Shown here: piece after piece, positions 24,845 to 32,277 of the stretch
Layout of the letters: the number at the start of each line of letters is the position of its first letter
Numbering within the stretch: position 1 is the stretch's first letter
Translations under genes and position numbers: made by a program
IMG/VR virus record: IMGVR_UViG_3300024992_000010
Reading direction: 5' to 3' (one strand)
Origin: a virus
DNA: 44,773 nt
Notes under the pieces: model-generated
The model's database searches: none
Seen by the model: the letters and a program-made list of their open reading frames with translations, nothing else
Told to the model about the DNA's origin: nothing

Positions 24845-24994
24845 TCATTGCTGCGGCTGTTCTTCCGTTCCTTCCTCCACCTGTTCTTCGGTCTCGTCCT
24901 TCGTCCATTCGCGCCGCGTGAGCGTTCCGTCTGGGTTACGAACATATGAGCCACCATTTTGCGGCTCATCCTGGCTGGGTATTTCGTTCTCCAT
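24845..24994 (-). CDS. Unlisted 49-aa acidic ORF (MENEIPSQDEPQNGGSYVRNPDGTLTRREWTKDETEEQVEEGTEEQPQQ)
   Basis: Translated by hand. GGAGAG lies 7 nt upstream of the ATG. It fills the gap between the spanin and major tail genes. Confidence 0.45.
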   Translation of the reverse strand: MENEIPSQDEPQNGGSYVRNPDGTLTRREWTKDETEEQVEEGTEEQPQQ

Positions 24995-24996
24995 GA

Positions 24997-25566
24997 TTAC
25001 TCTCCTGTCGATCTGACACGGGTGGGCTCCCGCTCCTGCAATAGGTTGATCAGTTCTCGCTGCCGCTTCCTATCCTGAGCACAGGACTGGGCATTGGCTT
25101 GGAGGTTGGCGAGCGCTTCCCGGGGTGTAGCGGAACCGGATCCGACGGCATTTGCATCAGTTCTGGCGGAAGCATCAGGGGTGCCGTCCGGGAACCAGGA
25201 AGCGTTGTACAGCCTGACCCAATCATCACTGAGCAGGCAGCCAGCAACAGCAGCTGGCTTCTCCTTTTCCTTGACTGTGACGCATTCTGACAGTTGGCCA
25301 TCATTGACATCGTCGAACTCCTCCCGCCATTTGCGGTAATAGTTTTCTGCCTTACGTTTCCAGTCGATTGCCGCAACGGCATGTGTGGTCGCAGCCTGAG
25401 CCGCAGCCTCATAATCTTTGTCCGCCTGCTTTTTATCCTTGAGTTCTTGAGCATCGCGCCGGTCTGATTCCCTGGATACGCCCTCCCGGTAACTCCATCC
25501 GCAAAGGCCCGCAATAATCAGGACCGGTATAAGCACACGCAACGCAACGGAGATAATGGCGTCCAC
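24997..25566 (-). CDS. i-spanin (Rz-like)
   Basis: 189 aa. GTG start with an AGGAAGG Shine-Dalgarno. N-terminal TM (AIISVALRVLIPVLIIAGL), charged coiled coil and C-terminal ...CLLSDDWVRLYNAS, which is Rz-like. Confidence 0.65.
   Translation of the reverse strand: MDAIISVALRVLIPVLIIAGLCGWSYREGVSRESDRRDAQELKDKKQADKDYEAAAQAATTHAVAAIDWKRKAENYYRKWREEFDDVNDGQLSECVTVKEKEKPAAVAGCLLSDDWVRLYNASWFPDGTPDASARTDANAVGSGSATPREALANLQANAQSCAQDRKRQRELINLLQEREPTRVRSTGE
25050..25310 (-). CDS. o-spanin (Rz1-like lipoprotein) embedded in the +1 frame of the i-spanin gene
   Basis: ATG at 25310 with GGGAGGAG 7 nt upstream. RKRRSQLLLLAAC lipobox. The mature part is Pro-rich (TTLPGSRTAPLMLPPELMQMPSDPVPLHPGKRSPTSKPMPSP). 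Confidence 0.6.
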   Translation of the reverse strand: MSMMANCQNASQSRKRRSQLLLLAACSVMIGSGCTTLPGSRTAPLMLPPELMQMPSDPVPLHPGKRSPTSKPMPSPVLRIGSGSEN

Positions 25567-25568
25567 GA

Positions 25569-25985
25569 TCAGCCTTCCTTCAGCGTCATATCAAACGCCA
25601 CCCAGCCATAGGGGTGATCAAGCTGCTGGCTCTGGCGCCAGCTTGTCAGCGTGAGAGAACCTAGTTCCGGAGGCAAATTTCGGGTAAACGCCTTTATTTC
25701 GTCGATCATGACGCCCTCCGCGTCTTCAGTCTCGGAAGGGAGCGCTGTTTCCGCAACGGCGAGCTGCGCCACTACCAATACCCGATGCTCTCCATCCCGC
25801 GTCATGCCCCCAAGGTAGTGGCTGTAATTTCCCTCGCTGGCTGATAGAACCGTATAGATACCGCGCTTGAGCTCCAGCAGAGGACGTGCGGCAAAATCCT
25901 TCAGGTCGCGGGTGACAATACGGGACGGATACATCCCGGCCAGCGTGGATTTGATGGCATTCATGCGGATGGAGAGTGCGCTCAC
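25569..25985 (-). CDS. Neck/tail-terminator candidate (assigned by position)
   Basis: 138 aa. GTGA overlap with the gp10-like gene. No motif recognised. Confidence 0.35.
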   Translation of the reverse strand: MSALSIRMNAIKSTLAGMYPSRIVTRDLKDFAARPLLELKRGIYTVLSASEGNYSHYLGGMTRDGEHRVLVVAQLAVAETALPSETEDAEGVMIDEIKAFTRNLPPELGSLTLTSWRQSQQLDHPYGWVAFDMTLKEG

Positions 25986-26461
25986 TTGCCGAATACCTCA
26001 CGCAGGCCAGCGTCGACGCCCTCATTCAGAAGTGCGAATACCCGGCTTCTCATCTGCTCCGCGGCGGGGCGCATGAATGGCTGCGCCCGGGTACCGCGAC
26101 GGCTGATCGCACGGGCGATGAGAAAGGCTCTATGTCGTGCTTCCGCACCGCTTAACCCCAGCACACGCTCCACCCAGGGTTGCAGATTTGCGGACGGAAC
26201 AAAATGCGGACTGGTGCCTCCTTCAACGTAGGGCGCGTAGTTGACACCAGGTGATACCCGCCAGTGCAGGGGAGCTATGCGGGAAGCAAGAATAGAATTC
26301 GTCAGGGTACTGAATGCTTTGGGTGCGAAGGATTTGGCAGCCCGGGCGACTTCCTGCGCGCCACGTGACAGGAACCGCTCCAAGTTGCGCTCCATCACAT
26401 CCGGAGCGGTTTCGAATGCCTGCTGCGCTTCCTTGCTGTCGACTCGAAATCGGATATCCAT
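25982..26461 (-). CDS. HK97 gp10-like head-tail joining protein
   Basis: 159 aa from the ATG at 26461. ...VNYAPYVEGGT...RAQPFMRPA is the gp10-family pattern. Confidence 0.7.
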   Translation of the reverse strand: MDIRFRVDSKEAQQAFETAPDVMERNLERFLSRGAQEVARAAKSFAPKAFSTLTNSILASRIAPLHWRVSPGVNYAPYVEGGTSPHFVPSANLQPWVERVLGLSGAEARHRAFLIARAISRRGTRAQPFMRPAAEQMRSRVFALLNEGVDAGLREVFGK

Positions 26462-26486
26462 GGCGCGCCAATTTACGCAGATCAGC

Positions 26487-26513
26487 AAGCCAGAAACAGG
26501 GAGGATTGCGGCG
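26487..26513 (-). promoter_or_regulatory. Conserved intergenic element, copy B (candidate late promoter/activator site)
   Basis: The 27 nt AAGCCAGAAACAGGGAGGATTGCGGCG are identical to nt 9-35 (= 44655-44681). They lie between the methyltransferase stop and the gp10-like ATG. Confidence 0.55.
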
Positions 26514-26520
26514 GGATGAA

Positions 26521-27285
26521 CTACCAGTTACAGATGATCAATTCAGCTCGATTGGCGCGTCCCTGCACACCACCGACGGTATATTTGATATGGGCTGATT
26601 CAGTCCTGAATTTCCCAAATGCCTGGCGCATCTCGGGAATATCGTTGACGCTGATGATTGCCTTTCCCTTGATTGACCGGGCCATCTCTGCCATACGGCC
26701 GTATTGATCGAGCTCGAATTGAACCCCGTATCCTTCGGTTCCCCAATAGGGAGGATCAAGATAAAAAAGAGTATGGGGACGATCGTACCGCTCGATGCAT
26801 TCGGTCCAGTTCAAGCGCTCGATAGTGACGCGAGCGAGCCGTAAATGTGCCGCGCTGAGATCCTCTTCCAAACGCAGCAGGTTGAGCCGAGGTGGCGAGG
26901 TGGTTGCTGTACCAAGTGATTGATTTTCGATGCGAGCCCCAAAGCATAGTTTTTGCAGGTAATAAAAACGTGCCGCCCTCTGAATATCAGTGAGGGTTTC
27001 AATAGGGGTAATTTGTTGCCATCGAAATATTTCCCGGCTTGACAGTGCCCATTTGAACTGACGTATAAATTCTTCCAGGTGGCGCTGTATCACTCTGTAA
27101 AGATTAATCAACTCCCCATTGATATCGTTCAATACTTCAGCTTTGGACGGCTCCTTCATGAAGAACAGCGCAGCTGCGCCGGAGAATGGCTCGACGTAGC
27201 AGGTATGGGATGGAAATAACGGCAGGATTCGTGCAGCCAAGCGCCTTTTGCCGCCAATCCACGGGATGATGGGCAAGGATGTCAT
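26521..27285 (-). CDS. N6-adenine DNA methyltransferase (D12/Dam class), second copy, orphan
   Basis: 254 aa. IIPWIGGKRRLA, EPFSGAAALFF, and DPPY in LFYLDPPYWGTEGY. Confidence 0.85.
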   Translation of the reverse strand: MTSLPIIPWIGGKRRLAARILPLFPSHTCYVEPFSGAAALFFMKEPSKAEVLNDINGELINLYRVIQRHLEEFIRQFKWALSSREIFRWQQITPIETLTDIQRAARFYYLQKLCFGARIENQSLGTATTSPPRLNLLRLEEDLSAAHLRLARVTIERLNWTECIERYDRPHTLFYLDPPYWGTEGYGVQFELDQYGRMAEMARSIKGKAIISVNDIPEMRQAFGKFRTESAHIKYTVGGVQGRANRAELIICNW

Positions 27286-27382
27286 TGCGAGCCTCTTTCA
27301 TGGTTATGCTAGACTCCCGCTGCCGTGTCGACAGGCGGAAAGCCTTGGCTATGGCTCACAGCTATATCCTGTGGGTTATTGT

Positions 27383-27414
27383 GGCCGGATTCATGCGTCA
27401 ACATGGATCCGGCC
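27383..27414. other. Strong 12-bp-stem hairpin between the 93-aa ORF and the methyltransferase gene
   Basis: GGCCGGATtCATG-cgtcaa-CATGgATCCGGCC. There is no clear U-tract on the minus strand. Confidence 0.5.
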
Positions 27415-27426
27415 GCTTTCTAAACT

Positions 27427-27708
27427 CTACCGCCTCCTGACTCTCAATGTCGCAGGAACAACTGGCTTATTGATGCCGGACTCGACTATGCACCGAAAAT
27501 GATAGTCCGCGCCATCCACCCCACCCACTATCTGCTGCAGCACCTTGGCTCCCGATATTTGCGGATCCCCCGAGCGCATAGTGTCGGGATCGGAATCTGC
27601 ACCCGAGATCACATCAACAGTGATTTCCGGATTCGCGATCGTCTGCGCGATGGCTGAAAAATCGAACGTCAGGACAATGCTTTCTTCTGGATCCTTGGAT
27701 GCGAGCAC
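27427..27708 (-). CDS. Small beta-rich virion-associated candidate
   Basis: GTG at 27708 with an AGAGAGGA Shine-Dalgarno. 93 aa. The KDPEESIVLTFDFS...VGGVDGADYHFRCIVESG... pattern is seen next to fibre genes in other phages. Confidence 0.5.
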   Translation of the reverse strand: MLASKDPEESIVLTFDFSAIAQTIANPEITVDVISGADSDPDTMRSGDPQISGAKVLQQIVGGVDGADYHFRCIVESGINKPVVPATLRVRRR

Positions 27709-27719
27709 GCGATCCTCTC

Positions 27720-30326
27720 TTAGTGAACAATGCCGGCTATATAACCGCGAGGCCTGGCAGCCGAAATAAAGCGCGAGTCGCTGGCAAAAGTAATCGATGT
27801 GCTTATTTCGCCAGTGCTGCAATCATTCGCTTGGCTCGACATCGAAACCTCCAAAATAATAGGGTCGCCCACGCCGATTGATGCGCTGCTACCTGCATTA
27901 GACTGACTTGATGACGCAGCAGCGAGAATATGAGCCTGAACAATTGCAGAAGCCGCTGCCACGTTGTCTTGAACGCTGGGGGCCGCAATGAGGGACCCGC
28001 TTATCGATATTGCCCTGCCGGTTCCTTCATTTGCTTGAGCCGCGTTTGCAGGGGTTAAGGTAATGCCTGAGCTGATCGAGATCGCCCCAGCAGAGGCTAC
28101 GTTGCTTTGACTGCAATTCTCTCCCAGTACCAAGCTGGCCTGGCTTATCGCTCCTGGGCTGCTTGTGTTGCCCTGGATGCTTGAATCCCCGACCAGATTT
28201 GCCGGAGCTTCAGAAGTCTTGAAGAACCACACGCCCGGCTCATTAACGTGTGTTGCTTCCGTGCTGTCCAGCACAACGAACGCGCCCAGAGTCGGCACAA
28301 ACTTCATCTTGCCGAGGACGCCATTGATATGACCGCCCCTCGGCGTCAACCCTGCCGGGTCTATCTGATAGGCTGTCCAGGTGGTCGACGCCCATCCGGT
28401 ACCGGGGTCGTAAGCTGGCAGCGGGATATAGAAAACCGTGCCGGGATTCGTTCCGTTCGAATCCCACAGCCAGATGCGGTCGTTTGCATCATCGTATACC
28501 GCCCCGTACCGTGTGGCATACACAGTCGGTGTGAGAACCATCGGGAAAGGGTTGCCAAGCTCATCGATCACCTGGATCGGCGTATCGGCGGTTGACCCGG
28601 TCGCAGTTACCGGCATTACCGCGATTTCAGAGGTCTTCCCAGAGAGAGTTGCACCTTGTCGATACAGCATTCCCCGCTTGGAGTCGTGAACCATGAATCC
28701 ATCGAATATGACGCTATTCGATGTGACGCCTATCTTGGTGCAAGTGTCACGTGCGGTTCCGCCTCGGATATCACCGAAGGTGTACTTGTACCAATTGGGG
28801 AAGCCAGACGCCCCGCCCATGGTGAAGTAGCACACATCAGTACCACCCTCATTCACATAGGCCGATGCACCTTGCTTATGATCGAGCGTGTCTATCGGGT
28901 AGCCGTCGACCAGATCCCGCCGGTTATGCCACCCGCCTGAACCGAGCCTCGCAACGTTATATCCAGTGCCGTTGCCCCCGCCCACCTTATTGGGGTCAGC
29001 AACATGCATGTCGAAAGCGAAAGGCCCCACATGCCGGGTTACCCGAGGATCCGCAGTCACAAGCTCGGTGAATGCGTCTCCACTGTTCGCCGCGGCGCCG
29101 CCGAACGTAACGAACACATCCTGGTTATAGAGATATTGGTTGTTGGCGTATGTGTGGCTGGATTGGGGTGCATCCTTCGAAGGAAGCAGCAGATCCGGGT
29201 CAGCTGCATCGATCTTTGTCGGAAGGCAGGCCCTGTCCCACAAGCCCGTATCTCCATTCCAGACGTAAAGCTCATCGCCAGTATAATTCGCGTGGCCACC
29301 ACCCCAGAGCAGCAGGCGCGCTTTCTTCTCATCCCACCCAAAACTGGACCAGGCATAAACCACAGAGGCCTGATTGCCCGGATCTACAGCCCTATCACCC
29401 GGGAGAACGGCCGCGTCATAAAAGGAGTTCAGGTTGGCCTGAACCCATTGGTTCAGGGGTGTTGACCGGAGCAGTCCCTTGAGGCGCGAATAAGGATCGG
29501 TGGACCCAGTACCGCCCAAATTCGCTTGAACGCAATTCGCAACCGTGAGGGTTTGTACTTGTGTAATTGCACCGGCTGAACCGGCATTTCCCTGCATGCA
29601 ATTCGCGCCGTGAAACGCAGTGTCTACGGTAACCGCCCCGGTCCCGCCGGCGTTTCCCTGATTGCAGCTCGATCCGGTAAGAGTTACCGGAGGCGCAGCG
29701 ATCCGGAATGTAACCAGGTTCATAGACCACGGGACAGATATCCCTTGCATGTTCCAGGTCGCGGTTACCGATCCAGCCGCCCCAAGGTCCAGTAGATAAG
29801 CTTCTGCGGCATACCAGTATGGCGTGTAAGCTCCGCCGGATGGAACCGCGAATCCGCCGAGAGGACCGCGCAATGCGTCATCCGGCTGCGAGTTTGCCGT
29901 ATTGATCATCACGATGCCGGTCTCGTTATTCGTCTCGGTCGTGAGGCTTCCACTCGACGGCGAGGATGATGTCCCGCTATTGCTTACCGCCGAACCGAAT
30001 TCCAGTGTTCCTGAGCTGTCGCGAAGCTCGAATACGGCAATGCTCCGGGCAGAACCGCTCGACATATTTGCCGTTACGGTTAAAGAACCCGAGTTCTTCG
30101 CTATACACCACGCCTGCTGGATAGTCTCAGTAATGTCAGCATTCGTTACCTTTGAGCCCGCTATTACAAACCAGGTATTACCATCCGAGTCGGTAACGCT
30201 GCTTAGGTTGGCGCCAGTATTCCAATGAATCTCCGCATCAAGTAGATCCCCAGCAGTTGCGGTAAAGGTTACCGATCCGCTGGGGATTGATGACGGCGGG
30301 ACGTACTGTACGAGCGAACGCGACAT
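27720..30326 (-). CDS. Large repeat-containing protein with a central beta-propeller-like region (fibre or receptor-binding candidate)
   Basis: 868 aa. About 9 copies of a ~20-aa unit (C/S)xQ(G/A/S)Nxx(G/S)xGAI(T/S) lie at aa ~215-275 and ~700-850. The centre has Kelch-like strings (LLLWGGGHANYTGDELYVWN). Confidence 0.55.
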   Translation of the reverse strand: MSRSLVQYVPPSSIPSGSVTFTATAGDLLDAEIHWNTGANLSSVTDSDGNTWFVIAGSKVTNADITETIQQAWCIAKNSGSLTVTANMSSGSARSIAVFELRDSSGTLEFGSAVSNSGTSSSPSSGSLTTETNNETGIVMINTANSQPDDALRGPLGGFAVPSGGAYTPYWYAAEAYLLDLGAAGSVTATWNMQGISVPWSMNLVTFRIAAPPVTLTGSSCNQGNAGGTGAVTVDTAFHGANCMQGNAGSAGAITQVQTLTVANCVQANLGGTGSTDPYSRLKGLLRSTPLNQWVQANLNSFYDAAVLPGDRAVDPGNQASVVYAWSSFGWDEKKARLLLWGGGHANYTGDELYVWNGDTGLWDRACLPTKIDAADPDLLLPSKDAPQSSHTYANNQYLYNQDVFVTFGGAAANSGDAFTELVTADPRVTRHVGPFAFDMHVADPNKVGGGNGTGYNVARLGSGGWHNRRDLVDGYPIDTLDHKQGASAYVNEGGTDVCYFTMGGASGFPNWYKYTFGDIRGGTARDTCTKIGVTSNSVIFDGFMVHDSKRGMLYRQGATLSGKTSEIAVMPVTATGSTADTPIQVIDELGNPFPMVLTPTVYATRYGAVYDDANDRIWLWDSNGTNPGTVFYIPLPAYDPGTGWASTTWTAYQIDPAGLTPRGGHINGVLGKMKFVPTLGAFVVLDSTEATHVNEPGVWFFKTSEAPANLVGDSSIQGNTSSPGAISQASLVLGENCSQSNVASAGAISISSGITLTPANAAQANEGTGRAISISGSLIAAPSVQDNVAAASAIVQAHILAAASSSQSNAGSSASIGVGDPIILEVSMSSQANDCSTGEISTSITFASDSRFISAARPRGYIAGIVH

Positions 30327-30333
30327 CTAGAAT

Positions 30334-30717
30334 TTAAGTCGGCTGGCCGCTGGTGTAAGTCAGGGACGGGAAATTGATCGTGTTTCCACTGGTAACGACC
30401 TGGTCGCTCGTTTCATCCGTAACCCACAATACTTTTCCTACGTTATCGGTAAAAGCGATATGCAGGTTTGGAGTCGCACCAGATCCGGCAGATGCCGTTC
30501 CGCTCTTAGCGGTGGTCGTTAGGACTCGCGGCGCGTTGTCGGCCCCAGAAAGAGTGAAATCTCCCGATGCCATGACGACTGAGCAAATTGCATTGCCAGT
30601 CACCGTCGCGTAGCTGTCACCTGCTGCGTATGCCTTGAGCAACAGCATACGAAGTACATTGTTCTTAATCGCATTGAGGCCGCCGTCCAGGACGTCGGCG
30701 TGAGCATATTTGGCCAT
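30334..30717 (-). CDS. Hypothetical beta-rich protein
   Basis: 127 aa. CAGGAG Shine-Dalgarno. First gene after a hairpin terminator. Confidence 0.5.
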   Translation of the reverse strand: MAKYAHADVLDGGLNAIKNNVLRMLLLKAYAAGDSYATVTGNAICSVVMASGDFTLSGADNAPRVLTTTAKSGTASAGSGATPNLHIAFTDNVGKVLWVTDETSDQVVTSGNTINFPSLTYTSGQPT

Positions 30718-30741
30718 TTATAGCTCCTGGTAAAGGAAAAG

Positions 30742-30761
30742 GAGCGCCATGGCTGGCGCTC
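30742..30761 (-). terminator. Intrinsic terminator candidate
   Basis: Minus strand reads GAGCGCCA-gcca-TGGCGCTC followed by CTTTTCCTTT. Confidence 0.55.
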
Positions 30762-30782
30762 TTTATATGACCTGCCTTGGAC

Positions 30783-31448
30783 TTAGGCTGCGGCTTGATC
30801 GGCTGCTGCCTTGGCTTGGGCCGCAAGTCTCTCATCCCGAATCTTCTTCAGATCGGCGATGGTGCCCCCATCCAGACTATCCTGAAGCCAGGCGAACTGT
30901 GCCTCGGTCATGTTGAACTTATGCCCATGAACGGCAAAAACCGTGCCATCCGCGTTGTGAGCGGTCAACGATACCCCGACCAGCAAACGACCTTCTTGAA
31001 CTTTATCTTCCTGCTGCATTTTCATTTCTCCACAGTTAAGTTTTTGGGCACCATTGCCCCCTACAACGGCGGCACCTTTATTTCTCCATCGGTACCGCTT
31101 TACAACTATCCGCCCCCCTGATTTTTGCCTGAGAGCGAATCCTTCCATCCCCCAGCCCTTCTTCGGATCTGGGTTCGTAAGATGATCCTTGATGTCCTCG
31201 TGCTCTTCGCGGAAGGGACGGTCGCCCTTGCGCCAGAAGCAGGCCCCTTTGAATTCGAACACCCAATTTTTGATTGCTATCGTCGTCACACCGCGATAAG
31301 GCAAATTGTCTGGAAAGTGCCTATAGTTGAGGTAGCGTATGAGGCCAGATCCAAGACCAGTTTTCCTGTCCGGCAATACAATCCACTCAATCGTTGAGGT
31401 CCCGCTTTGCCAGTGAAAATCGATGGGAGGAACACCAACAGGGGTCAT
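30783..31448 (-). CDS. Hypothetical 221-aa protein translationally coupled to the endolysin
   Basis: ATGA overlap with the endolysin stop. No TM and no motif recognised. The C-terminus is an Ala/Gln-rich helix. Confidence 0.5.
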   Translation of the reverse strand: MTPVGVPPIDFHWQSGTSTIEWIVLPDRKTGLGSGLIRYLNYRHFPDNLPYRGVTTIAIKNWVFEFKGACFWRKGDRPFREEHEDIKDHLTNPDPKKGWGMEGFALRQKSGGRIVVKRYRWRNKGAAVVGGNGAQKLNCGEMKMQQEDKVQEGRLLVGVSLTAHNADGTVFAVHGHKFNMTEAQFAWLQDSLDGGTIADLKKIRDERLAAQAKAAADQAAA

Positions 31449-31957
31449 CCCGCCTTTTTCCCTTCACATATTGCCCGCTCCTCTGCCCGTCTTTTCACCA
31501 GGCCTGGAAGTACCTTTCTGCTGGGCCCATATTTGAATGCCTCGATTCGTGCGCATGCTTCGGCATACCGCTCGGAGTTGATGAGATCGATCAGGTTGGG
31601 CGGCTTTCCCGGTGCAGCTTTGCGGCAGAATGTGGGAACGCCAACGTTGTACGCCAGGCGCACGTAGGCTTCATATTCATACTGGTACAGCGGCACGGTA
31701 ACGCAACGCCTGACTCCGGCGGCATAGACTCCCTCGATCTCATCCAGCAGCCTTACCAGTGAGCGCGCGGGCGTGGTTTTGTCGCCCATCCTGACGCCGG
31801 CGGTGGAGCCGAATCCGATAGTTGGCACGTCGCCGGGCACGGGAATGTAGGCCTCCTCCCGGTAGTCCTCGTGGACCGCAATTCCTACCAAGGTGGAGGC
31901 GGCCAGCACCATCATGGCAACAGTGGCGCGGGCCTGGGTCGGAGTCGGCTTGATCAT
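31445..31957 (-). CDS. SAR endolysin (GH24 lysozyme, P21 R-like)
   Basis: 170 aa. Weakly hydrophobic N-terminal segment ATVAMMVLAASTLVGIAV. Then EEAYIPVPGDVPTIGFGST, carrying the Glu/Asp/Thr catalytic pattern. Confidence 0.8.
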   Translation of the reverse strand: MIKPTPTQARATVAMMVLAASTLVGIAVHEDYREEAYIPVPGDVPTIGFGSTAGVRMGDKTTPARSLVRLLDEIEGVYAAGVRRCVTVPLYQYEYEAYVRLAYNVGVPTFCRKAAPGKPPNLIDLINSERYAEACARIEAFKYGPSRKVLPGLVKRRAEERAICEGKKAG

Positions 31958-31992
31958 CTCAACAGCGCCTCATGCTGTGCAGCACGATCCAA

Positions 31993-32277
31993 TTATCCAT
32001 GCTCCTCCAGGCACTCCAGCTGTGCCTTCACGTCACTCTTTGGATCATCGCTTTTTATACCAACGCAAGGATGGTCGGATTGCGCGGGAGCCGGAGTCAT
32101 CTTTTGAATCTGCTGTTTCAGCTTCGGATGATTCTCTTGCGGAGCTGCAATATCGACGGGCGGGGAAACCGGTATGGGCTTTTGCTCACTCGGTGGGGCG
32201 GACATGGGTTTTTGCTCACTCAGTGGAACAGTACAAGCCGCCAGAATGATGGCGGCGATCAAAAATGCGTATCGCAT
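31993..32277 (-). CDS. Pro-rich lipoprotein (o-spanin-like)
   Basis: MRYAFLIAAIILAAC lipobox. Tandem PSEQKP repeats. Two further Cys residues. The start overlaps the stop of the upstream TM/coiled-coil gene. Confidence 0.6.
   Translation of the reverse strand: MRYAFLIAAIILAACTVPLSEQKPMSAPPSEQKPIPVSPPVDIAAPQENHPKLKQQIQKMTPAPAQSDHPCVGIKSDDPKSDVKAQLECLEEHG

Noticed and set aside
24526-24969. A 147-aa ORF spanning the start of the major tail gene.
   Set aside because: It is out of frame with the major tail ORF and highly basic and low in complexity. The gap is better explained by the 49-aa ORF 24845-24994, which has a proper Shine-Dalgarno.
26516-26707. Plus-strand 63-aa ORF whose ATG lies 10 nt after the GGGAGGA of element B, which would make the repeated element a ribosome-binding site.
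   Set aside because: Copies A and C have no comparable downstream ORF (only a 6-codon ORF at C). This ORF is also antisense to the well-supported methyltransferase gene.
27720-30326. A diversity-generating retroelement target, suggested by the repeated variable units.
   Set aside because: No reverse transcriptase gene and no separate template repeat are visible anywhere in the genome. The repeats are in-protein tandem units.
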